From IMG/VR virus record IMGVR_UViG_3300043395_001986, positions 109,308-173,307 of that record: a DNA stretch of 64,000 nucleotides; one strand, 5' to 3'. Positions within the stretch are counted from its first letter, which is position 1; every line of letters starts with the position of its first letter. The notes beneath the pieces were generated by a model. That model worked only from the letters and a program-made list of their open reading frames with translations, had not been told where the DNA came from and did no database searches. A program made the translations under genes and the position numbers. The stretch comes from a virus (lineage: Duplodnaviria; Heunggongvirae; Uroviricota; Caudoviricetes). Below are positions 10,572-20,828 of the stretch, one piece after another.

Positions 10572-12830
10572 ATGGCAGAAAAAATAGTATCACCAGGCGT
10601 ATTTACGAGAGAAAATGACCTTTCGTTTTTAGCACAAGGAGTATCAAACATCGGAGCGGCAATCGTAGGGCCTTTCAAACAAGGACCTGCATTCAAACCA
10701 ACCATCGTAACATCACAATCTGAATTAGCAGATATTTTTGGTGTTGCAGATGGCACTTATTATACCCCGTTAGCAGCTCAAAATTATTTGAGAGAAGCAG
10801 GTAGTGTAACAATTTGTAGAGTAGCAGGTTTAGGTGGTTATACCGATCCTGGAGCAGTAATTTTAAAAGCAACAACAGCCGGAGAATCTGCATCAGTAGG
10901 TATCTTATTCAATACAATTGATGGTATCACAGGCTCAGCATTTACTTCATTTGGAAATGGTAATTTCACAATAAATGGAATATCATCTTCAGTTGTAGCA
11001 GCAAGTACAGCATCAATTGATGATGTTTTTGGTACATCTCCGTTAGGTGAAAAAGGTGCATATACAATTGGATTATTCGAAAATCACGGATTAACAATAG
11101 ATGGTACAACTACATTAACAGCAGTTAGTGCATCTCAAAATTTTGCATTTGATGCAACTTACGCATCAACACCTTGGGTTAAATCACAAGAAATTGGTGG
11201 TGAAAGATTTGATTTATTTAGAATACATACATTATCAGATGGTGATGTTGAGAATACAAGATTCAAAGTAACTATTTCTCAAATTAAGAGAGCAGGTTCA
11301 ATCGTAGGTTCTGATTATGGTTCTTTCTCATTGCAAGTTAGAAAATTCAACGATACAGATAAGAAAAGATTTATATTAGAGCAATACAACGGATTAACAT
11401 TAGACCCAGATTCTCCAAATTATATAGCAAGAGTAATTGGTGATATTTACAATACAATTGATACCGAAGGTATTAGTGGTAAAGTATCTGAAAATGGTGT
11501 TTGGAAAAACAAATCTAAATACATTAGAGTAGAAGTTAAAGATGGTAGTTTATATCCTGCAGCAGCAGTTCCATTTGGACATGGAGCATATACATTACCT
11601 GTATCAGTAAGTGCAGCAATAGGTAATATCATACCAAAAGTAACTTATTCAACAGCATCATTGAGTTCTTCTGTATATACTAGTGGTATTGATTTAGAAG
11701 GAAACACAGATAATAAGATTTATTTAAGAGCTATACCAGCAAATGCGGGTATTGGTGCAAATGAAGTATTTGGATTAGATACAAATGTTGGATTGGAGCT
11801 ATCAGTAGCAAATGATAATCCAACTCAAATTTCATATAGAAGTTTTACTATTGCATTCCAAGGTGGATTTGATGGTTTTGATGTTAGATTATCTAAAGCA
11901 AAATCAGATGATAACGATAATAGTGCATGGTTAACCGGTAATGTAGGTGGTATGTTATGTGCAGCATCTACACAAAGTGGTTCAATAGCATATTCTTTAT
12001 GTTTTAACGCATTATCTAATAAAGATGAATATGATATTAATCTATTAGTAACTCCTGGTATTGTGAGAAGTTTACATCCATCAGTAGTAACAGCAGCATT
12101 AGATATGATTGAAGCTAGAGAAGATGCATTCTATGTATTCGATGCAGTTGACCATAGTGGTGATATTTTAAGTGTAGTAGAGCAAGCAGAGGCAGTAGAT
12201 TCAAACTACGCAGGTACTTATTATCCTTGGGTTAAAACAATTGATAGTAATACTAACAAATTAATAACTATCCCACCATCAGTATTGATTCCAGCTGTTT
12301 ACGCAGCAAACGATAACGCTAAAGCTGAATGGTTTGCACCAGCAGGTTTAAATAGAGGTGGATTAGTAGGAGCAGTTGGTGTAGTTAATAGATTAACACA
12401 CGCAGAAAGAGATACATTATATGAATCAAATGTAAACCCAATCGCTCAATTCCCAGGACAAGGTATTGTAGTATTCGGACAAAAAACATTACAACAATTA
12501 CCATCAGCATTAGATAGAATTAATGTAAGAAGATTGTTAATCAACTTGAAAAAGTTTGTTGCATCTTCAGCTAGATTCTTGGTGTTCGAACAAAACACTG
12601 CTGAATTGAGAGCTAAGTTTTTAAACATTGTAAATCCATATATGGAATCAATCCAACAAAGACAAGGTTTATATACATTTAAAGTAGTAATGGATGAAAG
12701 TAATAATACTCCTGATACAATTGATAGAAATATCTTACAAGGAGCTATCTACTTACAACCAACTAAAACAGCTGAATTCATTGTAATTGATTTCAATGTT
12801 TTACCAACCGGCGCTACTTTTAACGCATAA
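10572..12830 (+). CDS. contractile tail sheath protein
   Basis: SPGVFTRENDLSF N-terminus; YYPWVK, WFAPAGLNRG, RINVRRL and IYLQPTKTAEFI C-terminal sheath motifs. Confidence 0.95.
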   Translation: MAEKIVSPGVFTRENDLSFLAQGVSNIGAAIVGPFKQGPAFKPTIVTSQSELADIFGVADGTYYTPLAAQNYLREAGSVTICRVAGLGGYTDPGAVILKATTAGESASVGILFNTIDGITGSAFTSFGNGNFTINGISSSVVAASTASIDDVFGTSPLGEKGAYTIGLFENHGLTIDGTTTLTAVSASQNFAFDATYASTPWVKSQEIGGERFDLFRIHTLSDGDVENTRFKVTISQIKRAGSIVGSDYGSFSLQVRKFNDTDKKRFILEQYNGLTLDPDSPNYIARVIGDIYNTIDTEGISGKVSENGVWKNKSKYIRVEVKDGSLYPAAAVPFGHGAYTLPVSVSAAIGNIIPKVTYSTASLSSSVYTSGIDLEGNTDNKIYLRAIPANAGIGANEVFGLDTNVGLELSVANDNPTQISYRSFTIAFQGGFDGFDVRLSKAKSDDNDNSAWLTGNVGGMLCAASTQSGSIAYSLCFNALSNKDEYDINLLVTPGIVRSLHPSVVTAALDMIEAREDAFYVFDAVDHSGDILSVVEQAEAVDSNYAGTYYPWVKTIDSNTNKLITIPPSVLIPAVYAANDNAKAEWFAPAGLNRGGLVGAVGVVNRLTHAERDTLYESNVNPIAQFPGQGIVVFGQKTLQQLPSALDRINVRRLLINLKKFVASSARFLVFEQNTAELRAKFLNIVNPYMESIQQRQGLYTFKVVMDESNNTPDTIDRNILQGAIYLQPTKTAEFIVIDFNVLPTGATFNA

Positions 12831-12875
12831 TTAAAAAAAGAGATACTTATATACAACGATTAAAGGATAAAAAAT

Positions 12876-13364
12876 ATGGCAGAAGTTCTAACATTTGATA
12901 AAATATTCTATACTAACTTTGAACCAAAGTTAAAGAACAGATTTATTATGGAGATTGATGATATTCCATCTTTCATAATTAAAGCAGCTCAAAGACCGAC
13001 AGTTGAATCAGAGGATGTAGAATTACACCACATCAACTTAATTAGAAAGATTAAGGGAAAAACAAAGTGGAATGATATTACAATTAAGTTGTACGACCCA
13101 ATTGTACCATCTGGAGCACAGGCGGCTATGGAATGGATTCGTACTTCACATGAATCTGTAACTGGTAGAGATGGATATGCAGACTTCTACAAAAGAACAC
13201 TAACTTTCAAAACTATTGGACCAGTAGGTGATGTAGTTGAGCAATGGAAATTAGTTGGAGCGTATATTAAAACTGCAAACTTCGGTGATATGGATTGGTC
13301 AGAACAAGACCCAATGGAAATCGAATTAACAATCAGATATGATTACGCAATTTTAGAATTCTAA
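12876..13364 (+). CDS. tail tube protein (T4 gp19-like)
   Basis: Follows the sheath gene; EPKLKNRF...W..ITIKLYDPI...W.LVGAY...FGDMDWS...IRYDYA. Confidence 0.9.
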   Translation: MAEVLTFDKIFYTNFEPKLKNRFIMEIDDIPSFIIKAAQRPTVESEDVELHHINLIRKIKGKTKWNDITIKLYDPIVPSGAQAAMEWIRTSHESVTGRDGYADFYKRTLTFKTIGPVGDVVEQWKLVGAYIKTANFGDMDWSEQDPMEIELTIRYDYAILEF

Positions 13365-13380
13365 TAAGAACTAAACATAA

Positions 13381-13420
13381 AAAAAAAGGGGTACAAAAAT
13401 TGTATCCCTTTTTTATTTTT
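13381..13420 (+). terminator. intrinsic terminator
   Basis: AAAAAAGGGGTACAA-AAA-TTGTATCCCTTTTTT hairpin after the tube gene. Confidence 0.75.
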
Positions 13421-13450
13421 CTTATATTTATATATACAAATATATAGGTT

Positions 13451-14041
13451 ATGACATCAAAAGAATTTGTTATTTGGTTAAGAGGATTTACCGAAGGAGT
13501 ACATGAATTTAATGTAACTCCAAAACAATGGGATTATTTAAAAGAAAAATTGGCAGAAGTTAGTGATGAACCAAAGATAGGAACTCCAATTGGGATAGGT
13601 GGATGGGGAACACCAAATGGTTCACCACATATTACACCACCACAACCAATAGACCCATACAATCCATATAAAATAACTTGTACACCAGGAACAACATCAC
13701 CTGGATTTCAAGTTACAACAACACCTGGTACTACCGGATTTATTACAATTGCCAATCCAAACATAGCATCATTTGGTACAGGTAGTACGGGCATTTTAAA
13801 TACATATAATCCATCATCAACCACATATGGATATCCAAGCGGTTCTGCATGGAGTTATACAAACGCAACACAACCATATAGTACATATGATGATGATAGT
13901 GTTAACCCAAATAAAAAAATAACACCCTGTGTTGGGCATGAATTGGAATCACAGAAAGAAGAAAAAAGAATTAGTAAAAAAAGAAAAGCCAAATCAGTAA
14001 AAGAATGGGAAGAAGAAATTGATTTAGGTGGGGCAGAATAA
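13451..14041 (+). CDS. hypothetical protein with Pro/Thr/Gly-rich low-complexity centre
   Basis: 196-aa ORF with its own ATATTTATA motif. Confidence 0.7.
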   Translation: MTSKEFVIWLRGFTEGVHEFNVTPKQWDYLKEKLAEVSDEPKIGTPIGIGGWGTPNGSPHITPPQPIDPYNPYKITCTPGTTSPGFQVTTTPGTTGFITIANPNIASFGTGSTGILNTYNPSSTTYGYPSGSAWSYTNATQPYSTYDDDSVNPNKKITPCVGHELESQKEEKRISKKRKAKSVKEWEEEIDLGGAE

Positions 14042-14078
14042 AAAATTTAAAAAACAAATAGTTATATAAAAAGTTATT

Positions 14079-14906
14079 ATGGAAGAAAACATTCAAATAG
14101 GAAGAGGTTCGGTTATACCAACACAGACAGTACAACCAACCGAAACAACACAAAAGAAATATGATTTCCCTACGGAAGTTATATCATTGCCATCAGAAGG
14201 TAAAGCATATCCTGAAGGACACCCATTATCAAATGGGACAGTTGAAATCAAATTGATGACAGCAAGAGAAGAAGATATCCTTTCTTCACAAAACCTTATT
14301 AAAAAGGGTATTGTATTAGAAAAATTATTTGAATCAGTTATGATTGACCCTAAATTAGCAGATGAAATGTTAGTAGGTGATAAGAATGCTGTATTAATAG
14401 TTTCTCGTATGTTAGCATATGGACCAGAATATGTTGTAGAGATGACAGACCCTTATAGTGGATTAAAACAAAAACAATCAATAGACCTTTCAGAATTAAA
14501 ACCAAAAGAAATTGATTACTCTCAATTAAATCCACAAAATAGATATACATTTACAACACCATCTGGTAGAGTAATTGAGTTTAAATTATTAACTCATAAA
14601 GATGAAAAAGATATTACTGCGGAAATTCAAGCAATGCAGAGACTAACCAAATCAGAAACATCTTTAGATTTAACAACTCGTTTAAAGAAAATGATTACTG
14701 GTATAGATGGTAACACAGATAGAGGTACAATCAATAGATATGTAGACACTCAAATGTTAGCTAGAGATACAAAAGCGTTTAGAGATAATTTAAGAAAAAT
14801 TTCTCCAGATTTAGATTTGAAATTTAACTTTGTATCAGAATCAACGGGTGAAGTGGAGGCACTTGATATACCTTTTGGGGTTGACTTTTTTTACCCTACC
14901 GAGTGA
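14079..14906 (+). CDS. baseplate hub assembly / tail assembly chaperone (T4 gp26-like)
   Basis: LPSEG..YP, MTAREEDIL, GDKNAVL..R..AYG motifs; lies upstream of the tape measure gene. Confidence 0.75.
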   Translation: MEENIQIGRGSVIPTQTVQPTETTQKKYDFPTEVISLPSEGKAYPEGHPLSNGTVEIKLMTAREEDILSSQNLIKKGIVLEKLFESVMIDPKLADEMLVGDKNAVLIVSRMLAYGPEYVVEMTDPYSGLKQKQSIDLSELKPKEIDYSQLNPQNRYTFTTPSGRVIEFKLLTHKDEKDITAEIQAMQRLTKSETSLDLTTRLKKMITGIDGNTDRGTINRYVDTQMLARDTKAFRDNLRKISPDLDLKFNFVSESTGEVEALDIPFGVDFFYPTE

Positions 14907-15093
14907 TTATAGTAAAACATTACACGAAGAAATATTCTTTTTGGTATTTCAAGGAGGTGGCGGATTTACTCATTCAGATATATACAATATGCCGGTTAAG
15001 ATTAGAAGGTTTTATGCACACATTCTAATTGATATTAAGAAAAAAGAATTGGAAGAACAAAAGAAAGCAGAAAGTAAAGTTAGGAAAAGATAA
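14887..15093 (+). CDS. frameshift-extension ORF of the tail chaperone (G/GT-like)
   Basis: The +1 frame reads FFTLPSDYSKTLHEEIFFLVFQGGGGFTHSDIYNMPVKIRRFY from the T7 run at 14886-14892. The track start at 14830 gives an implausible N-terminus. Confidence 0.6.
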   Translation, partial: FFTLPSDYSKTLHEEIFFLVFQGGGGFTHSDIYNMPVKIRRFYAHILIDIKKKELEEQKKAESKVRKR

Positions 15094-15110
15094 GTCCTAA
15101 CTTTTCTTTT
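15076..15110 (+). terminator. intrinsic terminator
   Basis: AAAGTTAGGA / TCCTAACTTT 10-bp stem followed by a T-rich tail. Confidence 0.7.
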
Positions 15111-15143
15111 TATATGATATTTATTAAGAGTAAAAGACTTATT

Positions 15144-15356
15144 ATGGCAAAAATAGTAATTAGAGAAAATTTTATTGATGATTTAATCGGAAAGTTTTAT
15201 CAGTCATTAGTTGATAATACAGAAAAAAGATACATTGATAGAATCAAAAAAGATGACCCGGAGCTTGCAAAATTATTTGATAAGCAAGCGGAAGCTCATA
15301 AAAAAACACAGGACGCTTTTAGAAAAGCAATAGAAAGAGCATCTGGTAAAAGATAA
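15144..15356 (+). CDS. hypothetical protein
   Basis: ATG at 15144 (MAKIVIREN...) is preferred over the track start. Confidence 0.65.
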   Translation: MAKIVIRENFIDDLIGKFYQSLVDNTEKRYIDRIKKDDPELAKLFDKQAEAHKKTQDAFRKAIERASGKR

Positions 15357-15370
15357 ACAATTTATTTTAA

Positions 15371-18300
15371 ATGGCTACATCCGTTTCAGCAGACCAAGCT
15401 AAATTAAATGATTTAGAAAAAGAATATAAACAACTTTTGGAGAAAAGAAAAGGTCTTCAAAAGGAGTTGAATGCCCTGGATAAAGATAATATAGATAAAA
15501 GAAAAACAATAATTGGTCAGATTAAAGAAATAAACCAATTAATGTATCTTTCTAAAACGTGGCAAGATGAAACTAATGCATCTATAATAAGAGGTGCAGA
15601 TGGATTTAGGTCTATTGCCGATACAATGGAAGCAGTTAAAAATTCAGCAGGAGAAAGTCATGTTGAATTTAGAGGATTAGGAGAAGGATTAAAAGAAAGT
15701 TCTTCATTTATACAAAAAATAGGATTACAACTACAAGAAGCACCAACATCATTGGCTCAAATGAGAGCAATGAGCGAAAACTCTTGGATACCGGAATCCG
15801 CAAAAGCTAGATTAGAAGATGCATTAAACATCCAAGGTCAAATGATGGAATTGCAATCGCAAATGGCCGGAATGAGTGCAGAAGATGGGGATAAGTTTAA
15901 AGAAAAATTATCACTATATACTGCATTAGAAACTAAATTAGCAGAATCATTAACACAATATCAGGGAGAATCTAAAATAGCAGCTTCTATTTTAACTGCT
16001 ATGATGAATCAAAACGAAGAATTAAATAAAAGATTGCCTATTTTAAAATTAAATCAAGCTCTTACAAAAGACCAAAAAGAAGAATTAGAAGAACAATTAG
16101 AAATTTTTAAAAAAATTAAAAATGGATTATTGGCGTTAAATGGTATTGTAAAAACAATGTTTGGAAGTATTACTGGTTTTATTGGAGTTGGTTTAATTGC
16201 ATTAGGAAAGATGTGGCATAAATTCCACGAAATATCAGAAGAGATTGGTGTAGGTATGATGGGTATGATGAAATTTAAAACCCAATTAATGTTGACAGGT
16301 GCGATATTTGGAGAAAAGGGAGCAGCGGCGGCAAAAGAATTAGCTAAACAGATGGGTAATGTTGACCAGGTTGGGTTTATGGCTTCATTGAAAGCAGGTT
16401 ATTTGGCAAACCATTTGGGAATATCGGGTCAAGAAGCAGCAACTTTATCAATGCAGTTTGGTAAAATGCAAGGAGAGAGTGTACTTGTAGGACAAAACAC
16501 AGCCTATGCAGCAGCACATTTAGCAGAAGCAAATAATGTAATGCCAAATGCTGTAATGGAAGATTTAGCAAAAAATACAGAAGTATTTGCTAAATTTTCG
16601 GCACATGGTGGATATAATATGATTAAAGCAGCAGTTCAAGCGGCTAAATTAGGTGTTAGTGTTGAAAAGACAGCGGGTATGGCAGAACATTTATTGGATT
16701 TTGAAAACTCAATAAATGAAGAAATGGAAGCAAGTGCAATGCTAGGTAGAGAAGTAAACTTCCAAAGAGCAAGAGAATTAGCATTTCAAAATGATATTGA
16801 AGGTGCAACAAAAGAAATGTTAAGACAAGTTGGTGGTATCAATGAGTTTAATAATATGAACTTATTCCAAAGACAAGCCATAGCAAAAGCAATGGGTGTA
16901 GAGGTAAGTGAATTACAAACAATGTTAGCAAACCAGGAACAAGCACAGACAGTTACTGGAAAATTACACGGAGGATTTACAGCAATAGGTGGTGCAATAC
17001 AGCATTTATTTAATAATAACTTCTCAAAGATATTAGAAGGTATGGGTGCCTGGTTGGTAATGTTTGGACATATTAAAACAATGTGGCCAGGTGTATTTGG
17101 ATGGTTAAAACAATTTGGTTCATTGGCATGGTCAATAGTTACTGGTCCATTTAGATTGTTAAAGGCATTAACAATGGGTGTGTGGAATGCAATTTCAAAT
17201 AGTGCAATGTGGACACGAATATGGACAGGAATAACAACTGCATTGGGGTCGGCATGGGCATTTGTAAAAAATGCAGCATCTGGTATTTGGAATGCTATTA
17301 TGAATAGTACAATAATGACACGAATTTGGGGAGCAGTAACATGGGCAGTTGGTGGAGCGTGGAATTGGATTAAAATGTCAGGTATGTGGATGTTGAATAC
17401 AATGTTCCCAGGAATATTAGCAAAAATGGCAGCGTTAAAAACCGCCACAATTGCACAAACTGCAGCAGAACAAACAAAAAATGCAGCAACAGCAGGTGGA
17501 GCAGCCGTTAGTACCGGTGCAAATGCAGCGGGTACGGCAGCAACGGCGGGAATGTTCTCTAGAATAAACACAGGTGCATTAATAAAAGGCGCATTTGCAA
17601 TATTAATTTTAGCAGGAGCATTATATGTTGCAGCAAAAGGATTTCAGGAGTTTGGAAGTGTTGAATGGGGAGGTGTTGCAAAAGGATTAGTAGGATTAGC
17701 AGGTATAGCTGTAATTGCAATGAGTTTAGGTGGAGCAGCAAGTCAAATGGTTATAGGTGCAGCGGCAATCGCATTATTAGGATTGGCATTGATACCGGCA
17801 GCATACGCATTTTCATTATTAGGTGGAGTTGATGCGGGTTCAATACTTGCATTTGCAGCATCTATTGCTATATTGAGTTTAGTGGTAACTGGATTGGGAG
17901 CATTAATAGCTGGACCTGGTGCACTTGTATTTGGAGCAGGTATATTAGGATTACTTGCTTTGGGTGGTGCAATTGCAGTAATGGCGAGTATATTAAGTGG
18001 AGTTCAGCCTGGCGCATTCCAAGCGGTAACTGATTTTTTAGTTGCAATAGCACCTGCGGCATTAGTAGTTGCGGCATTAGCAGCAGGAATTTTTATGTTA
18101 GGAACTTCTATAATGTTTTTAGCAACTTCATTAATAGCATTAGGAGCAGCAGGAATTTTATCTGCTCCTGGATTATTAGCTTTAATGGCGATATCGGCAA
18201 TAGCAGAAGGATTGGGAATTGATATGGGTGGAATTGTTGGCGGTGGTGGAAAGCAAGGAGAAGACCCTGTCTTATTGGAATTGCAAGGGTTACGCGCAGA

Positions 18301-18394
18301 TTTAGCAGCAGGTAAAATCGCAGTTCATATGGATGGTATGGCTGTGAGTAGAAAAATATTTAAAACCGCAGGAAATTCAAAAACAGATAAGTAA
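15371..18394 (+). CDS. tape measure protein
   Basis: 1007 aa, helical, Ala/Gly-rich, with periodic Trp repeats and hydrophobic segments; canonical position. Confidence 0.9.
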   Translation: MATSVSADQAKLNDLEKEYKQLLEKRKGLQKELNALDKDNIDKRKTIIGQIKEINQLMYLSKTWQDETNASIIRGADGFRSIADTMEAVKNSAGESHVEFRGLGEGLKESSSFIQKIGLQLQEAPTSLAQMRAMSENSWIPESAKARLEDALNIQGQMMELQSQMAGMSAEDGDKFKEKLSLYTALETKLAESLTQYQGESKIAASILTAMMNQNEELNKRLPILKLNQALTKDQKEELEEQLEIFKKIKNGLLALNGIVKTMFGSITGFIGVGLIALGKMWHKFHEISEEIGVGMMGMMKFKTQLMLTGAIFGEKGAAAAKELAKQMGNVDQVGFMASLKAGYLANHLGISGQEAATLSMQFGKMQGESVLVGQNTAYAAAHLAEANNVMPNAVMEDLAKNTEVFAKFSAHGGYNMIKAAVQAAKLGVSVEKTAGMAEHLLDFENSINEEMEASAMLGREVNFQRARELAFQNDIEGATKEMLRQVGGINEFNNMNLFQRQAIAKAMGVEVSELQTMLANQEQAQTVTGKLHGGFTAIGGAIQHLFNNNFSKILEGMGAWLVMFGHIKTMWPGVFGWLKQFGSLAWSIVTGPFRLLKALTMGVWNAISNSAMWTRIWTGITTALGSAWAFVKNAASGIWNAIMNSTIMTRIWGAVTWAVGGAWNWIKMSGMWMLNTMFPGILAKMAALKTATIAQTAAEQTKNAATAGGAAVSTGANAAGTAATAGMFSRINTGALIKGAFAILILAGALYVAAKGFQEFGSVEWGGVAKGLVGLAGIAVIAMSLGGAASQMVIGAAAIALLGLALIPAAYAFSLLGGVDAGSILAFAASIAILSLVVTGLGALIAGPGALVFGAGILGLLALGGAIAVMASILSGVQPGAFQAVTDFLVAIAPAALVVAALAAGIFMLGTSIMFLATSLIALGAAGILSAPGLLALMAISAIAEGLGIDMGGIVGGGGKQGEDPVLLELQGLRADLAAGKIAVHMDGMAVSRKIFKTAGNSKTDK

Positions 18395-18396
18395 GA

Positions 18397-20541
18397 ATGC
18401 CAACATCATTAAAAGACATATATGAAAAGTGGAATTTTCCAAATAGCAGTGACCCAAAGGCAATAGATACAAAAGTGCCATCAAAGTTAGAAACTGATGG
18501 AAAGCAATTATTACATTTAGTAAAAGAGAGTCCAAAAATATACGGAACAGATATTATAAGAATTGCTAGTGGAGGGCAAGTTGATAAAGATAAAGTAAGA
18601 AGTGTTGTTGGTAAAATTGCAGGAAAAGGTAAATTAGGTGGATTTGTAAAAAAATTAATAGCACCAACTGCATATAAACCTGGGGATTTAATCGCAGATA
18701 ATAAAACAATAGACCCATTATATGAGGGAGTTCAGGAGAATGGTTCATTTGGTGGTGTGGTATTAAAATCGGTTAAACAATTTTTAAAAGATAATAAAAC
18801 ACCACAACAAATAGCTGGTAATGCATTAGGAGCAGGATTGGATTTGGCCCAAAAAGGATTAAAAGCATTAGGTAATAAAGCATTGGGTAAATTAGGAATT
18901 GGAAAAATAGATTCCGATAACCCAGTTGATGTTAGAAAGCCTTCATCTTCATATATTAGTAAAAGGTCTTTAATATTCCCATCTACTGTCGTTATACATC
19001 AAAATAAAAATGTTGGCGGTGTTGTAGGAAATCAAGAACAAAATTATTTTGTAGATGGTATTGCAATTGATGATGTATTTAACAAAAGAATTACAATTGG
19101 AACTGATTTTAAATCTATAATAGATGATACTGCAATTGCATATGAAAATGATAAAGTATTAAAATCAGATACCTACTTCAATGGTTCAATGATGCTAAAA
19201 TTTAGCAAAGATGGATATGAAGGAATGAAAGGTGTGGCTAACTATAATGAATATATAAAAGCCGAAAACACAACTAAATCAATATTATTAAAACAAAGAA
19301 AAGATTTTAATCATAATATTAGAAATAAATTTTTATCAATAGATACCGATATTAATGAAGTATTAGTATTTGCAAATGTTTCTGGTTCCGTTTTATATCC
19401 AAAGAAAACAAAATTACCTTCTGATTTTCCTTTAATTGGAACATTGGATGGTAAAGCACCAGACCCAAAAGAAAAGAAAGATATCTATGGACAAAATAAT
19501 GGTGCAATAAATTCATTCTCACAATCATTATTAGATAGTGGTAGAAGAGTAGACCAATCATATTTTGGAAGTGGTAGTATTAATGTTGATAATCAGATAA
19601 CAAAAGGAACATTAGTAAGTAATCCAAATGTATCAACTGCAAGTTTTGCATATACAAATAATAAAGATATATACGAAGGTGATAGTTCAACTATTGGAGA
19701 TGTAGAAAAGAAAATTGCAACATCAAAAGTTTTAAGACAAACATATAAAACATTACAACCACAACCAGTTAAAATAACATTACCTACATATAGTAGTAAA
19801 CCGGGAGCATTTTTAAATAAATCAAAACAAAGTATATTAAGTAAAGCGCCTTCAAATTTAAATGTAGTTATTGCAGGAATTTCGTTTCCATCTACAATAA
19901 CATCATTTCAGGATTCACTAACACCGAATTGGGATAGTGTAAATCCAATTGGAGCAGGTGTACCTTTTTATGTATTTAATAATGTTGAAAGAGAAATATC
20001 TTTTAAAATGCTTTTATATGCAGAAAATGCATCAGAAGTGGCCGCGATAAAAGATAAATATAATGCAGTAGGTAAGGCAGCGTGGAGTAAAAGAGGCCAA
20101 TATGGTGCATACGGAAATATAACAAGTCTTACAATTGGTAACCTAATTTCACAAGTTGGATTTATAAGTGCATGGACATTATCAATAGATGATATGCATC
20201 CGTGGGATATAGATGCAGGATTACCAATGGTTGCTTCAATTGATATTACATTTAAAGTAGCAACAAATAATGATACTGAAACATATAATTTATATGGATT
20301 TAGTCCAGATGTTAAAGCTGAAAACGAAGCGGTTCCAGGAGCAGCAGTTGGTAAAACACGAAGCACACTTGATCCAGAATATAAAGCGTTAGCAACTGAA
20401 AAAGAAAAATCTGATTATTTATTTTTTAAAGATAAACCAACCGATAAAGTGGCATCGGATAATACGAGAAATGTTCCACAAGAACAATTAAAAGCGAATT
20501 TAGAAAAGGATACTAAAATAAAAAAGAAAATAGGAGGATAA
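18397..20541 (+). CDS. baseplate / tail-tube-initiator-like protein
   Basis: Follows the tape measure gene; C-terminal tube-fold-like FQDSLTPNW...EREISFKMLLY segment. Confidence 0.5.
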   Translation: MPTSLKDIYEKWNFPNSSDPKAIDTKVPSKLETDGKQLLHLVKESPKIYGTDIIRIASGGQVDKDKVRSVVGKIAGKGKLGGFVKKLIAPTAYKPGDLIADNKTIDPLYEGVQENGSFGGVVLKSVKQFLKDNKTPQQIAGNALGAGLDLAQKGLKALGNKALGKLGIGKIDSDNPVDVRKPSSSYISKRSLIFPSTVVIHQNKNVGGVVGNQEQNYFVDGIAIDDVFNKRITIGTDFKSIIDDTAIAYENDKVLKSDTYFNGSMMLKFSKDGYEGMKGVANYNEYIKAENTTKSILLKQRKDFNHNIRNKFLSIDTDINEVLVFANVSGSVLYPKKTKLPSDFPLIGTLDGKAPDPKEKKDIYGQNNGAINSFSQSLLDSGRRVDQSYFGSGSINVDNQITKGTLVSNPNVSTASFAYTNNKDIYEGDSSTIGDVEKKIATSKVLRQTYKTLQPQPVKITLPTYSSKPGAFLNKSKQSILSKAPSNLNVVIAGISFPSTITSFQDSLTPNWDSVNPIGAGVPFYVFNNVEREISFKMLLYAENASEVAAIKDKYNAVGKAAWSKRGQYGAYGNITSLTIGNLISQVGFISAWTLSIDDMHPWDIDAGLPMVASIDITFKVATNNDTETYNLYGFSPDVKAENEAVPGAAVGKTRSTLDPEYKALATEKEKSDYLFFKDKPTDKVASDNTRNVPQEQLKANLEKDTKIKKKIGG

Positions 20542-20545
20542 TTTT

Positions 20546-20827
20546 ATGAGTAGATATTATAAGCATAAAATAGAAAAAACTAAAACAGGTAAAAATATTT
20601 ATGAATTAAAGCCTGCTCCTAAATTTGATGATTCTGATAATGATATAGTTATTATCACAACAGCCGAAGACCGTTTAGATTTGTTAGCAAAAAGGTTTTA
20701 TGATGATGAAACACTTTGGTATGTTATAGCATACAATAATAATCTTACGGAAATTGATTTAAAATTAAAAGAAGGTACTCAATTAAAAATACCTTCAAAT
20801 CCGTTTACAATTAAAGATTTATTATAA
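20546..20827 (+). CDS. LysM-like / tail X baseplate protein
   Basis: EDRLDLLAKRFYDDETLWYVIA..N...G.QLKIP. Confidence 0.8.
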   Translation: MSRYYKHKIEKTKTGKNIYELKPAPKFDDSDNDIVIITTAEDRLDLLAKRFYDDETLWYVIAYNNNLTEIDLKLKEGTQLKIPSNPFTIKDLL

Positions 20828-20828
20828 T

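Noticed and set aside
16786-17571. 261-aa minus-strand ORF
   Set aside because: Antisense shadow of the tape measure gene. The same applies to the other minus-strand ORFs overlapping + strand genes.
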